Part shown: piece after piece, positions 41,235-52,685 of the stretch
Layout of the letters: every line of letters starts with the position of its first letter
Position numbering within the stretch: position 1 is the stretch's first letter
From: Escherichia coli
GTDB lineage: Bacteria > Pseudomonadota > Gammaproteobacteria > Enterobacterales > Enterobacteriaceae
Reading direction: 5' to 3' (one strand)
Assembly (NCBI RefSeq): GCF_024502345.1
Contig: NZ_JALDNN010000001.1
DNA length: 64,000 bases
Notes under the pieces: model-generated
Databases searched by the model: none
What the model saw: the letters and a program-made list of their open reading frames with translations, nothing else
Told to the model about the DNA's origin: nothing
Position numbers and translations under genes: made by a program

Positions 41235-43649
41235 TCACCCCGCAAACTGCCTGAACAGCGCCTTACCCTTAACCAGTCGCGCACCCAGCCAGCCGCCGAA
41301 AAGCGACAGCAGCAGCGCACCGCTGCACGGCAGAACAATCCACAATCGCCAGTCTGGCTCCCACGGGAAATCAAACACTTTCGCCTGCAACACTGCCAGT
41401 GCCGTTTCCGCACCAATTGCGGCCACCAGGCCGGAAACAAACCCAAGCATGACGAACTCACACCACAATGTCGTGCGCAGCAGTTTTTTCCCCGCACCGA
41501 GTGTGCGCCATACCACCAGCTCCTGATGACGCTGGCGCATTCCCACCTGCACCTGTGCCAGCAACAGCAACATACCGCAGGCGGTGACCAGCACCACCAT
41601 CACCTCCAGCGCCCGACTTACCTGCTCCAGCACCTGACCGACCTGTTTTAAAATCGCGCCAATATCTAACAGGCTAATGGTCGGGAACTGGCGGTTGAGT
41701 TGCGTCAACATGCCGTTGCCATTCTCCCAGCGGAAACTGGTAAGCCAGCTCTGCGGTTGCCCGTCTAATGCCCCTTCCGGGAAAATAAAATAGAAATTAG
41801 GCCGCAGACTTTCCCAGTCCACTTTGCGCAGGCTGGTCACTTTAGCGCGGAACTCCTGGGTATCGCCCATAAAAGTCACGGTATCACCGAGGGCAACGTT
41901 TAAGCGTTTCGCCAGCCCCTCTTCCATCGACACTTCATCGGCTTTTGGCGGCCAGTTACCGGCGACAATCGGATTATGATCGGGCCGCGTATTTTGCCAG
42001 GTAAGATTGAGTTCGCGATTAAGCGCCTCATCTTCATTACCTTCTGTCGGCTTATCGTTAATCGCCGTCAGCCGCGCCCGCACTACCGGATAAAATGATT
42101 CCGGGACTATATGATGTTCCGCGAGGAACGCTTTTAGCGGTGCTACCTGTTCTGTGGCGATGTTAATTAAAAAGTAGTTCGGGCTTTCTGGCGGTAGCTG
42201 CTGCTGCCAGCGGTCGAGCAGATCGCCACGCAATACCAGCAACAGCGCCAGCAGCATAAAGGAGAGCGAAAATGCCGAAAGCTGGCTTAACGTTGACCAC
42301 GGCTGACGTAACAGGCGGCTAACCGCCAGGCGCAAAGGTAGCGATTTCAGCGTCATGCGGCGAAGTACATTCAGCTGCATCCAGCCCAGCACACCGCACA
42401 GCAAAGCCAGTACTACCGCGCCCGCCAGCACCGCCCAAAGCAGCATGCTGCCACCCATTAATCCGGCGAGCAGCAGCACAACCACCACACTGACAATCGG
42501 CAGATAAAACTTCAGCGGCCAGACGTTCGCTACCACATCATTATGTAATACGCGTAAAGGCTGCGTTGCCAGCAACAAGCGGTATGGTCGTAGCCCCACC
42601 AGCAGCGAGATGACCGTCATGGTGCCAAGCGCCCACAGCCACGGCCAGAGGCTGGCTGGCGGTAGTGCAGCAGGCAGAACGGGCTTGAGCAGCACCATCA
42701 ACACGTTTTCGAACAACAGGCCTATGGCCCCACCGGTAACGGCTGAAAGCGTCAGCACCATCAACCACTGACCGACGATTAGCTTACGCAGTTGCGCTCG
42801 CCCTGCCCCCAGCGTTTTGAGGATCGCCACCAGATCGTAGCGACTGCGACAGTAATGATTCATCGCTACCGCCACCGCTGCCACTGCCAGCAGCAAGGTC
42901 AGAAGCGCCGAAAGCAGCAGGAACTGTTGCGAGCGTTCCATCGATCGCCCCAGCGCGCCTTCGTCCTGTTCCAGACCGTACCAGCGTTGTTCGGGTTTAA
43001 GCTGAGGTAACAACCATTTCTCATAGCCGTCGAGCTGGTTCTCGTTGCCGCCGAATTTATAACGCCAGGTGACCCGACTCCCCGGCTGCACGGCTCCGGT
43101 TTTATCGACATCCGCCAGATTCATCATCAGACGCGGAGCCATCTGGAAGGGGTTAAAACCGGAATCCGGTTCCTGAATCACTTCTCCGGCAATCCGCAAG
43201 GTGGCATCGCCCACGTCAATGGTGTCGCCCGTTTTCAGGTTAAGCAGTGCCATCAGGCGTGGGGCCAGCAATACGCTGCCCGCCTGCGGTTTCAGGCCAG
43301 GGGGATTAGTTTGCAGATCGCCATACATCGGGTAGATATCATCCACCGCTTTGACGTTCGCCAGCTGCGGTGTGTCGCCTGCAAAGGTCATTGTGGCGAA
43401 AGTCAGCTGCTTGCCGACTTTCAGGCCGCGCTTTTGCGCTTCCTCCAGCCACGCTTGCGGCACTTCGCGTGAACTGCGCAACGCCCGATCGCCCGCCATA
43501 AACTCACGGCTTTGCTGGCTTAAGCCCTTCTCCATGCGATCGCTGATATTGCCCAGCGCCAGCACGCAGGCCACCGCCAGGCTTAGCGCCAGCCAGACAA
43601 TTAATAGCGACGGCGAACGCCATTCGCGCCAGAACCAACGTGCAATCAT
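41235..43649 (-). CDS. ybbP: ABC transporter permease (FtsX-like, two-domain)
   Basis: 804 aa, MIARWFWREWRSPSLLIVWLALSLAVACVLAL... Confidence 0.9.
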   Translation of the reverse strand: MIARWFWREWRSPSLLIVWLALSLAVACVLALGNISDRMEKGLSQQSREFMAGDRALRSSREVPQAWLEEAQKRGLKVGKQLTFATMTFAGDTPQLANVKAVDDIYPMYGDLQTNPPGLKPQAGSVLLAPRLMALLNLKTGDTIDVGDATLRIAGEVIQEPDSGFNPFQMAPRLMMNLADVDKTGAVQPGSRVTWRYKFGGNENQLDGYEKWLLPQLKPEQRWYGLEQDEGALGRSMERSQQFLLLSALLTLLLAVAAVAVAMNHYCRSRYDLVAILKTLGAGRAQLRKLIVGQWLMVLTLSAVTGGAIGLLFENVLMVLLKPVLPAALPPASLWPWLWALGTMTVISLLVGLRPYRLLLATQPLRVLHNDVVANVWPLKFYLPIVSVVVVLLLAGLMGGSMLLWAVLAGAVVLALLCGVLGWMQLNVLRRMTLKSLPLRLAVSRLLRQPWSTLSQLSAFSLSFMLLALLLVLRGDLLDRWQQQLPPESPNYFLINIATEQVAPLKAFLAEHHIVPESFYPVVRARLTAINDKPTEGNEDEALNRELNLTWQNTRPDHNPIVAGNWPPKADEVSMEEGLAKRLNVALGDTVTFMGDTQEFRAKVTSLRKVDWESLRPNFYFIFPEGALDGQPQSWLTSFRWENGNGMLTQLNRQFPTISLLDIGAILKQVGQVLEQVSRALEVMVVLVTACGMLLLLAQVQVGMRQRHQELVVWRTLGAGKKLLRTTLWCEFVMLGFVSGLVAAIGAETALAVLQAKVFDFPWEPDWRLWIVLPCSGALLLSLFGGWLGARLVKGKALFRQFAG

Positions 43650-44332
43650 GCTTCCTCCTGCAACTGCCCGTTCACCAGCCGTAAGCAGCGGTCGCAGCGT
43701 GCCGCCAGTTGCAGGTCGTGGGTCACCATAATCAACGTGGTGCCATGTTCACGGTTGAGGGAAAACAGCAGGTCGGCAATTTTATCGCCCGTCTGGCGGT
43801 CAAGGTTGCCGGTGGGTTCGTCGGCAAACAGCACATCAGGTCGACCATTAAAGGCTCGTGCCAGCGCCACTCGTTGCTGTTCACCGCCGGAAAGCTGTGC
43901 CGGAAGATGATCCAGACGTTTACCCAGCCCTAACTGTTCGAGCAACGCTTTCGCCCCGTTACGACTTTCCGCGCTACTCTCACCGCGCAGCAGAGCCGGA
44001 AGCTCGACGTTTTCCAGCGCGTTAAGGGTAGGAATTAACATAAATGACTGAAAAACAAAGCCGACGTGCTTCGCGCGCAACTTTGCCCGCGCTTCTTCGT
44101 CCATATTATGTAGCGGTTGTCCCACCAGACTCACTTCGCCACTGCTGCCGTCATCAAGCCCGGCGAGGATCGCCAGCAAGGTTGACTTACCCGATCCCGA
44201 CTCGCCCACCAGTGCGATGGTCTCGCCACGTTTGACAACCAGCTCAACTCCGGTGAGGATGGAGAGTTCATGCTCCCCCTGACCGACGGACTTCTTAAGA
44301 TGATGAACTTCAACAATGTTTTCCGCTGGCAT
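43646..44332 (-). CDS. ybbA: ABC transporter ATP-binding protein
   Basis: 228 aa with Walker A (GESGSGKST) and signature LSGGEQQR. Confidence 0.9.
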   Translation of the reverse strand: MPAENIVEVHHLKKSVGQGEHELSILTGVELVVKRGETIALVGESGSGKSTLLAILAGLDDGSSGEVSLVGQPLHNMDEEARAKLRAKHVGFVFQSFMLIPTLNALENVELPALLRGESSAESRNGAKALLEQLGLGKRLDHLPAQLSGGEQQRVALARAFNGRPDVLFADEPTGNLDRQTGDKIADLLFSLNREHGTTLIMVTHDLQLAARCDRCLRLVNGQLQEEA

Positions 44333-44926
44333 TTGCCCTTCCTGTTCCTGGTCCTGTTAACCTTCCGTGCCGCCGCAGCGGACACGTTATTGATTCTGGG
44401 TGATAGCCTGAGCGCCGGGTATCGAATGTCTGCCAGCGCGGCCTGGCCTGCCTTGTTGAATGATAAGTGGCAGAGTAAAACGTCGGTAGTTAATGCCAGC
44501 ATCAGCGGCGACACCTCGCAACAAGGACTGGCGCGCCTTCCGGCTCTGCTGAAACAGCATCAGCCGCGCTGGGTGCTGGTTGAACTGGGCGGCAATGACG
44601 GTTTGCGTGGTTTTCAGCCACAGCAAACCGAGCAAACGCTGCGCCAGATTTTGCAGGATGTCAAAGCCGCCAACGCTGAACCATTGTTAATGCAAATACG
44701 TCTGCCTGCAAACTATGGTCGCCGTTATAATGAAGCCTTTAGCGCCATTTACCCCAAACTCGCCAAAGAGTTTGATGTTCCGCTGCTGCCCTTTTTTATG
44801 GAAGAGGTCTACCTCAAGCCACAATGGATGCAGGATGACGGTATTCATCCCAACCGCGACGCCCAGCCGTTTATTGCCGACTGGATGGCGAAGCAGTTGC
44901 AGCCTTTAGTAAATCATGACTCATAA
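44300..44926 (+). CDS. tesA: Acyl-CoA thioesterase I / lysophospholipase L1
   Basis: 208 aa from MMNFNNVFRWHLPFLFLVLLTFRAAAADTLLILGDSLSAGY (signal peptide plus SGNH GDSL motif). Confidence 0.9.
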   Translation: MMNFNNVFRWHLPFLFLVLLTFRAAAADTLLILGDSLSAGYRMSASAAWPALLNDKWQSKTSVVNASISGDTSQQGLARLPALLKQHQPRWVLVELGGNDGLRGFQPQQTEQTLRQILQDVKAANAEPLLMQIRLPANYGRRYNEAFSAIYPKLAKEFDVPLLPFFMEEVYLKPQWMQDDGIHPNRDAQPFIADWMAKQLQPLVNHDS

Positions 44927-45725
44927 AGCAACGGAGATCCTGACAGGTAAAGTTATGCAAAAATCGGTCTTAATTACCGGATGTTCCAGTGGAATTGGCC
45001 TGGAAAGCGCGCTCGAATTAAAACGCCAGGGTTTTCATGTGCTGGCAGGTTGCCGAAAACCGGATGATGTTGAGCGTATGAACAACATGGGATTTACCGG
45101 CGTGTTGATCGATCTGGATTCACCAGAAAGTGTTGATCGCGCAGCAGACGAGGTGATCGCCCTGACCGATAATTGTCTGTATGGGATCTTTAACAATGCC
45201 GGATTCGGCATGTATGGCCCCCTTTCCACCATCAGCCGTGCGCAGATGGAACAGCAGTTTTCCGCCAACTTTTTCGGCGCACACCAGCTCACCATGCGCC
45301 TGTTACCCGCGATGTTACCGCACGGTGAAGGGCGTATTGTGATGACATCATCGGTGATGGGATTAATCTCCACGCCGGGTCGTGGCGCTTACGCGGCCAG
45401 TAAATATGCGCTGGAGGCGTGGTCAGACGCGCTGCGCATGGAGCTACGCCACAGCGGAATTAAAGTCAGCCTGATCGAACCCGGTCCCATTCGTACTCGC
45501 TTCACCGACAACGTCAACCAGACGCAAAGTGATAAACCAGTCGAAAATCCCGGCATCGCCGCCCGCTTTACGTTGGGACCGGAAGCGGTGGTCGACAAAG
45601 TGCGCCATGCTTTTATTAGCGAGAAGCCGAAGATGCGCTATCCGGTAACGCTGGTGACCTGGGCAGTAATGGTGCTCAAGCGCCTGCTGCCTGGGCGCGT
45701 GATGGACAAAATATTGCAGGGGTGA
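44916..45725 (+). CDS. ybbO: Short-chain dehydrogenase/reductase
   Basis: 269 aa with TGCSSGIG Rossmann motif and YAASK active-site motif. Confidence 0.85.
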   Translation: MTHKATEILTGKVMQKSVLITGCSSGIGLESALELKRQGFHVLAGCRKPDDVERMNNMGFTGVLIDLDSPESVDRAADEVIALTDNCLYGIFNNAGFGMYGPLSTISRAQMEQQFSANFFGAHQLTMRLLPAMLPHGEGRIVMTSSVMGLISTPGRGAYAASKYALEAWSDALRMELRHSGIKVSLIEPGPIRTRFTDNVNQTQSDKPVENPGIAARFTLGPEAVVDKVRHAFISEKPKMRYPVTLVTWAVMVLKRLLPGRVMDKILQG

Positions 45726-45743
45726 GTTGAAGCGCGCGCTTAA

Positions 45744-46640
<897 letters not shown>

Positions 46641-46671
46641 TATTCCGTTGTTCGGCACATGAACCACAACG

Positions 46672-46696
46672 CCGGATGCGATGCTGCGCATCCGGC
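46672..46696. terminator. Hairpin between convergent ybbN and fetB
   Basis: GCCGGATGCG-atgct-GCGCATCCGGC palindrome. Confidence 0.45.
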
Positions 46697-46702
46697 ATCG
46701 CA

Positions 46703-47482
46703 TCATTTCTTCTTCAATTGCGTCACCACCAACTGGTGGCGCGAATTATAAAACTTACGATAGGTTAAATAGCAGGCAATAATGGTCGACAAGCTGGCGG
46801 TTGAGAGCAGCATAAAGGTCACCATAATCTGATATTTAATCGCCTTCACCGGATCAATCCCGGCAAATATCAGCCCGGACATCATTCCTGGTAAACTCAC
46901 TAAGCCAACCGTTTTTGCTGAATCGACCGTCGGAATTAAAGCCGCGCGAATACTGTCGCGAATCAATATCGCTGAAGCCTGCTTCGGCGTCGCGCCAAGA
47001 CTCAGTTTCTCCTGAATCTGTTGCTGTTCGCTAATGACCCGTTGCCCTAAATTGTTGTAACACAACCCCACCGCTACCATGGCGTTACCGGCAATCATCC
47101 CGGCGATAGGGATCACCTGCATCGGGATAAATTCAATCGACCCTGAGAGAATCAGCACCGCCAGGGTAATTCCCGCCCCGACCGTAATGGCAATAAACGA
47201 TGAGATAAAAGCTTTAGCAATATATTTACTGCGTTTTTGCGCGTTCCACGCCGCATTAAAGCAGATAAATAACACCATCAATAATGTCAGGCTGGCATCA
47301 TCCACGCTGAAAATATACTTCAGCACATAGCCGACAATAATCAGCTGAATTATCGCGCGCCCGACGCTCCAGAAAATATCTTTCTCCAGCGCCAGTTTTT
47401 CTTTATGGCTAATTAAGATTGCCACCACCACCAGCATTAATGCCAGTGCCAATGATTCGTTAGTAATATTATGCGAGTTCAT
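46703..47482 (-). CDS. fetB: Iron export ABC permease
   Basis: 259 aa from MNSHNITNESLALALMLVVVAIL... Confidence 0.85.
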   Translation of the reverse strand: MNSHNITNESLALALMLVVVAILISHKEKLALEKDIFWSVGRAIIQLIIVGYVLKYIFSVDDASLTLLMVLFICFNAAWNAQKRSKYIAKAFISSFIAITVGAGITLAVLILSGSIEFIPMQVIPIAGMIAGNAMVAVGLCYNNLGQRVISEQQQIQEKLSLGATPKQASAILIRDSIRAALIPTVDSAKTVGLVSLPGMMSGLIFAGIDPVKAIKYQIMVTFMLLSTASLSTIIACYLTYRKFYNSRHQLVVTQLKKK

Positions 47483-48146
47483 AGCGTGCTTCCTGCATTT
47501 CTCCGGCATGCGGTTGCAGTGTAATCACTTTATCCGCATGATTAATTTCGTCTTTATCGTGTGTCACCCACAGCACGGCAATATTTTGCTCGCGCACATA
47601 ACGATGGATCATCTCATTAACGTTATGTTTATTACTTTCATCCAGCGCACTGGTGATTTCATCCAGCAATAAAACCTTCGGCATAAATTGCAGGTTACGA
47701 ATCAGTGAGATGCGTTGTTTTTCACCACCAGATAGCTCGGCGATATTTTTCGTCAAAATGCTGTCCGGCAAGGCGAAGCGTTCGAGAAAATCGAGAAAAA
47801 TGGCTGGGTCAGGCTGCCGGTTACGGATCTGCCAGGGAAAGATCAGATTATCGTATACCGTATCGCCAAACAGCGTCGGTGTCTGGGCGCAGTAAGAGAC
47901 TTGTTGGCGGTAGATTTCTGGCTTTAGTGTGCTGACATCCTCACCTTCAAACAGTAACGTTCCGCTGGTTGGGCTGATCAATGAAGCAACTATTTTTAGC
48001 AGCGTACTTTTGCCACAACCAGAAGGACCGGTAATTAACTTAAATTCGCCAGCACGCAGCGAAAAATTGATGTTATTAAGAATCTTCGCATCACCCGCCA
48101 GATATCCTACGTTTTGTAGCTGAAGCAAAGGACTATTTTCCTGCAT
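47469..48146 (-). CDS. fetA: Iron export ABC ATP-binding protein
   Basis: 225 aa with Walker A (GPSGCGKST) and signature LSGGEKQR. Confidence 0.85.
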   Translation of the reverse strand: MQENSPLLQLQNVGYLAGDAKILNNINFSLRAGEFKLITGPSGCGKSTLLKIVASLISPTSGTLLFEGEDVSTLKPEIYRQQVSYCAQTPTLFGDTVYDNLIFPWQIRNRQPDPAIFLDFLERFALPDSILTKNIAELSGGEKQRISLIRNLQFMPKVLLLDEITSALDESNKHNVNEMIHRYVREQNIAVLWVTHDKDEINHADKVITLQPHAGEMQEARYELA

Positions 48147-48291
48147 CGCTGTTCCCTTTTTCTGATTTTTACTAAAAACAGTTTATCCTTCGCAGGAATA
48201 AGGGGGAACTCTCTTTCAGTAATCAGGTATAATTTGTTTAATCAAGCAGCAATTTTGCTGATTATGGACGGTACAACAGGAGGTTTTTCCG

Positions 48292-49209
48292 ATGCTTATC
48301 TTTATCCCGATTCTCATTTTTGTCGCGCTGGTCATTGTCGGCGCGGGCGTCAAAATCGTGCCGCAGGGCTATCAATGGACGGTAGAACGTTTTGGTCGCT
48401 ATACCAAAACGTTACAGCCGGGGCTCAGTCTGGTGGTGCCGTTTATGGATCGCATTGGTCGCAAGATCAATATGATGGAGCAAGTGCTCGATATCCCTTC
48501 CCAGGAAGTTATCTCGAAAGATAACGCCAACGTTACCATCGACGCAGTCTGTTTTATTCAGGTGATTGACGCGCCACGCGCTGCCTATGAAGTCAGCAAT
48601 CTGGAGCTGGCGATCATCAACCTGACCATGACTAACATCCGTACCGTGTTGGGTTCAATGGAACTTGACGAAATGCTCTCTCAGCGCGACAGCATCAACT
48701 CACGCCTGCTGCGTATTGTCGATGAAGCCACCAACCCGTGGGGGATTAAAGTCACCCGTATTGAAATTCGCGACGTGCGCCCACCGGCAGAGCTTATCTC
48801 TTCAATGAACGCGCAGATGAAAGCGGAACGTACCAAACGCGCTTACATTCTTGAAGCGGAAGGGATCCGTCAGGCGGAAATCCTCAAAGCCGAAGGTGAA
48901 AAACAGTCGCAAATCCTGAAAGCGGAAGGCGAACGTCAGTCGGCGTTTTTACAGGCTGAAGCGCGTGAACGTTCCGCCGAAGCAGAAGCCCGCGCCACCA
49001 AAATGGTGTCTGAAGCTATCGCCTCCGGTGATATTCAGGCGGTGAACTACTTCGTAGCGCAGAAATACACCGAAGCGTTACAGCAGATCGGTTCCTCCAG
49101 TAACAGCAAAGTAGTGATGATGCCATTAGAGGCCAGCAGCCTGATGGGGTCGATTGCCGGGATTGCCGAGCTGGTGAAAGACAGCGCCAACAAACGGACT
49201 CAGCCATGA
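48292..49209 (+). CDS. qmcA: SPFH/band-7 (stomatin-like) protein
   Basis: 305 aa, [37 protein letters not shown]... Confidence 0.9.
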
Positions 49210-49664
49210 TGGAGTTAATGGTCGTTCATCCACATATTTTCTGGCTCAGTCTCGGCGGTTTGCTGCTGGCAGCCGAGATGCTGGGCGGAAATGGTTATTT
49301 GTTGTGGAGCGGCGTGGCAGCGGTGATTACCGGCCTGGTGGTCTGGCTGGTGCCGCTGGGTTGGGAGTGGCAAGGGGTAATGTTTGCCATCCTGACGCTG
49401 CTCGCCGCCTGGCTGTGGTGGAAATGGTTGTCGCGGCGGGTGCGCGAACAAAAGCACAGCGATAGTCATTTAAACCAGCGCGGGCAGCAGCTGATTGGCC
49501 GACGTTTTGTGCTGGAATCTCCGCTGGTCAACGGGCGCGGTCATATGCGCGTCGGTGACAGTTCATGGCCTGTCAGCGCCAGCGAGGATCTCGGTGCAGG
49601 TACGCATGTTGAAGTCATTGCGATAGAAGGGATAACCCTACATATCCGAGCCGTCTCGTCTTAA
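49206..49664 (+). CDS. ybbJ: NfeD-like inner-membrane protein
   Basis: 152 aa; overlaps the qmcA stop, the usual SPFH/NfeD pairing. Confidence 0.85.
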
Positions 49665-50072
49665 TCACCCTGCCCGATGATGACAGCAGCCGGAGAGATT
49701 TTCGATAATCGGGCAGTCGGCGCTGTCATCGCCAGGGCAGGCATTCGCCAGTGCCAGCAGCTGGTCGCGCATGGATTGCAGCTCCTCAATGTGTCGTTCG
49801 ATCTCCGCCACCTTCTCCAGCGTGCGCCGTTTGACGTCGGCGCTGTGCCGCTGCGGGTCGTTAAACAGATTCACCAGCTCGCCGCTCTCTTCCAGGTTAA
49901 AGCCCACCTGCCGTGCCTGGCGCAGTAAGGTCAGTTCGTTGAGATGCTGCTGCGTGTAGGTGCGATAACCGTTTTCGCTGCGCATCGGCGGCGTCACCAG
50001 CCCCTTCTCTTCATAGAAGCGAATGGCTTTGCTAGTCAGGCCGGTAATTTTTGCTACATCGCTGATGTTCAT
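49665..50072 (-). CDS. cueR: MerR-family Cu(I)-responsive regulator
   Basis: 135 aa, [29 protein letters not shown]... with C-terminal Cys motif. Confidence 0.95.
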
Positions 50073-50196
50073 CGTTCGCGCAACGCCTCCTGTGCTTTGT
50101 TAAAGGGTTTCAACAGATATTCAAGCACGTTTTTTTGCCAGTGCGAATATCGACCGCCACCACAATAATACAGGAAGTACTGCGCACAGAGAGATG

Positions 50197-51489
50197 TTAT
50201 ACGGTTTTATTGCGCTTCATGACCATTGCCACAATAAGGCTGAGTAAGAGTGAGCCAATAATCCATATCAACGCACGGCTACCCTGGGACCACAGACTGT
50301 AGATAAAGCCAACGATCACCAACAACATCACCAACGTACCAACGATAAGAATCGGCAACGAGGCGTGAATATCATGACGCAGGCGGATCGCCACCACAAA
50401 CACCGCCAGGTAGCAAATCAAAAAGGTGGCGCTGGCAACGCTGGCGAGTGAGCCTAAATTCAGTGCCGCCGTCATCAGCATAATCAACACCACGACAATG
50501 ATGTTGCCCCAGGTACTCTGCCGCCACAGGGATTTATTCATTAGCTTCGGCAGTTCGCGTTCGCTGCCCATGTTGTCCATGATGTTAAACACGGCGAACA
50601 GGTTCGCGTTAATGGCTGAAGCCGTCGCCAGTAAAGCGCCGATGACGACGATCACATAACCCACATGTCCGAGCAGCGGAGAAGCAGCCTGCGCTACGGC
50701 GGTATCGGCATATTTTTCTAACTCTAATGCCGATACATCGCTAAGCAAAACCAGTGCCAGCGAGATATAAAGCAACGTGGTAACGCCAATCGCCACCAGA
50801 AACGCCCGCGGCATAATGACCTGCGGATCTTTCACTTTATCCGCCGCGTTCGCCATCATGCCAAAGCCCGCATAGGCAAGGAAGGTTATCCCGATACAGG
50901 AGAAGAACGCACCGGAGCTGGGGGGCGCAGAGACGGAAATATGCGCCGGTTGCAGCGACCAGACACCGGCAATAATCAGCAATAACAGGATCATCATTTT
51001 AATGCCGACGAGGATCACTTCCAGCCGCCCTACCGCATGGTTGCTTAAGGAGTTGAAAAGCGTCATCACCGCAATGATCCCCAACGCGTAGAGCAAAATA
51101 AGGTGCTCCTCCTGGCTGCCTTCATGCAAAAACTGCACGGCATAAGCGCCAAAAGCACGGGCGACCATGGCGATGCTCACCGCCAGCGTCAACAGGTACA
51201 GTAACGAGAGCGCCAGCGAAAAGACGCCGTTGCCTAATCCGCGACGAAAGAAGTCGATAATGCCGCCATTGCTGGGATAGCTCGCCCCCAGGCGCGCATA
51301 GGCATAACCGGAAAACATCGCCACAATACCGCCAAAAGCAAAGGCGACCCAGGTCGAGGCTTCCATTAGCAATGCAGCCTGCCCCAGCAGCGCGAAGATC
51401 CCCGCCCCCACCATTGCCCCAATGCCGATGGAAACGACGTTCCATAGACCGAGAGGTTTGTTACCGTTATTACCTTCCGTGTTCATCAT
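50197..51489 (-). CDS. ybaT: APC-family amino acid transporter
   Basis: 430-aa polytopic membrane ORF. Confidence 0.85.
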   Translation of the reverse strand: MMNTEGNNGNKPLGLWNVVSIGIGAMVGAGIFALLGQAALLMEASTWVAFAFGGIVAMFSGYAYARLGASYPSNGGIIDFFRRGLGNGVFSLALSLLYLLTLAVSIAMVARAFGAYAVQFLHEGSQEEHLILLYALGIIAVMTLFNSLSNHAVGRLEVILVGIKMMILLLLIIAGVWSLQPAHISVSAPPSSGAFFSCIGITFLAYAGFGMMANAADKVKDPQVIMPRAFLVAIGVTTLLYISLALVLLSDVSALELEKYADTAVAQAASPLLGHVGYVIVVIGALLATASAINANLFAVFNIMDNMGSERELPKLMNKSLWRQSTWGNIIVVVLIMLMTAALNLGSLASVASATFLICYLAVFVVAIRLRHDIHASLPILIVGTLVMLLVIVGFIYSLWSQGSRALIWIIGSLLLSLIVAMVMKRNKTV

Positions 51490-51491
51490 GA

Positions 51492-52424
51492 TCAGCCCTT
51501 AAACACGTTATAGCCGAGTTGCTTAGCGACCGATGCCACCATTTTTTGACCGCGAACACTGTTGCCTTCTTCGTCCAGCGGTGGTGAGAACGCGGCAATT
51601 CCCATCACGCCAGGGACGACCGCCAGAATACCGCCACCTACACCGCTTTTGCCCGGTAAACCAACGCGATACGCCCAATCACCGGAGCGACCATACAGCC
51701 CTTCCATCATCATTTCGGCCAGAATGTACGGCACGTTGTCGGCCTGAAGAACGCGTTTATGCGTCAACGGATTCACACCACCCGCCGCCAGCGTCGCGCC
51801 AAGCGTTGCCAGTTCAACAGTATTGATGAGCGTAGAGCACTGACGGGTGTACACGTCACAGGCTTCCATTGCATCACAATAGAGATATCCGGCGGAGTAC
51901 AGCAGCCAGGCAATGGCCCGGTTATGGAAGTTGGTTGTTTGTTCCGACTGGTTGACTTCGTCAGAGAGCGCTACCTGCTCACCAGCCAGTTGCTGTTGGA
52001 TATGTAAAATTCGCTGCCAGCGTTGTTCGGCGTTTTCAGCGTTAATCAGGCTGGTGGTGGCAATAGCGCCAGCATTTACCAGTGGCGACAGCGGTTTGCC
52101 ACCATGCAACTCTAAGGCGATAACTGAGTTAAAGGGCAATCCGGTCGGGTCAGCGCCAATTTTGTCCTGTACCGCCTGCGGGCCGACATCTTCTAACGCG
52201 AGGGCTAACGTACAGACTTTCGAGATGGATTCCAGCGCAAAGCGGTAATCACTGTCACCCGCACTATAGATGTTGCCATCGCTGGTCACGATAGCCACTG
52301 CTGCCAGTTGACCAGGTACATTCGCCAGAAAGGGAATGTAATCGGCATTTTGTCCGCCGTTAAGTGAGTGAAATTGGGTGTGAGCCTGATCCACTGCCTG
52401 CTGTAATTTGTTTGCATCTAACAT
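51492..52424 (-). CDS. glsA: Glutaminase 1
   Basis: 310 aa, MLDANKLQQAVDQAHTQFHSLNGGQNADYIPFLANV... Confidence 0.9.
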   Translation of the reverse strand: MLDANKLQQAVDQAHTQFHSLNGGQNADYIPFLANVPGQLAAVAIVTSDGNIYSAGDSDYRFALESISKVCTLALALEDVGPQAVQDKIGADPTGLPFNSVIALELHGGKPLSPLVNAGAIATTSLINAENAEQRWQRILHIQQQLAGEQVALSDEVNQSEQTTNFHNRAIAWLLYSAGYLYCDAMEACDVYTRQCSTLINTVELATLGATLAAGGVNPLTHKRVLQADNVPYILAEMMMEGLYGRSGDWAYRVGLPGKSGVGGGILAVVPGVMGIAAFSPPLDEEGNSVRGQKMVASVAKQLGYNVFKG

Positions 52425-52615
52425 CTTTTGTTAACTCCTTTTTATAGATGCGGGAGGTAATTCCTCACCCCGGTGCCGATTTTCAGGCATCCTGATTTAA
52501 CTTAGCACCCGCAACTTAACTACAGGAAAACAAAGAGATAAATGTCTAATCCTGATGCAAATTGAGCCAATTTTTTAATCTTTACGGACTTTTACCCACC
52601 TGGTTTATTAATTTC

Positions 52616-52645
52616 TTGACCTTCCCCTTGCTGGAAGGTTTAACC
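52616..52645 (+). promoter_or_regulatory. copA promoter with CueR operator dyad
   Basis: TTGACC then the dyad CCTTCC-cttgct-GGAAGG inside the long spacer typical of MerR-type promoters, ~45 bp upstream of the copA start. Confidence 0.7.
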
Positions 52646-52685
52646 TTTATCACAGCCAGTCAAAACTGTCTTAAAGGAGTGTTTT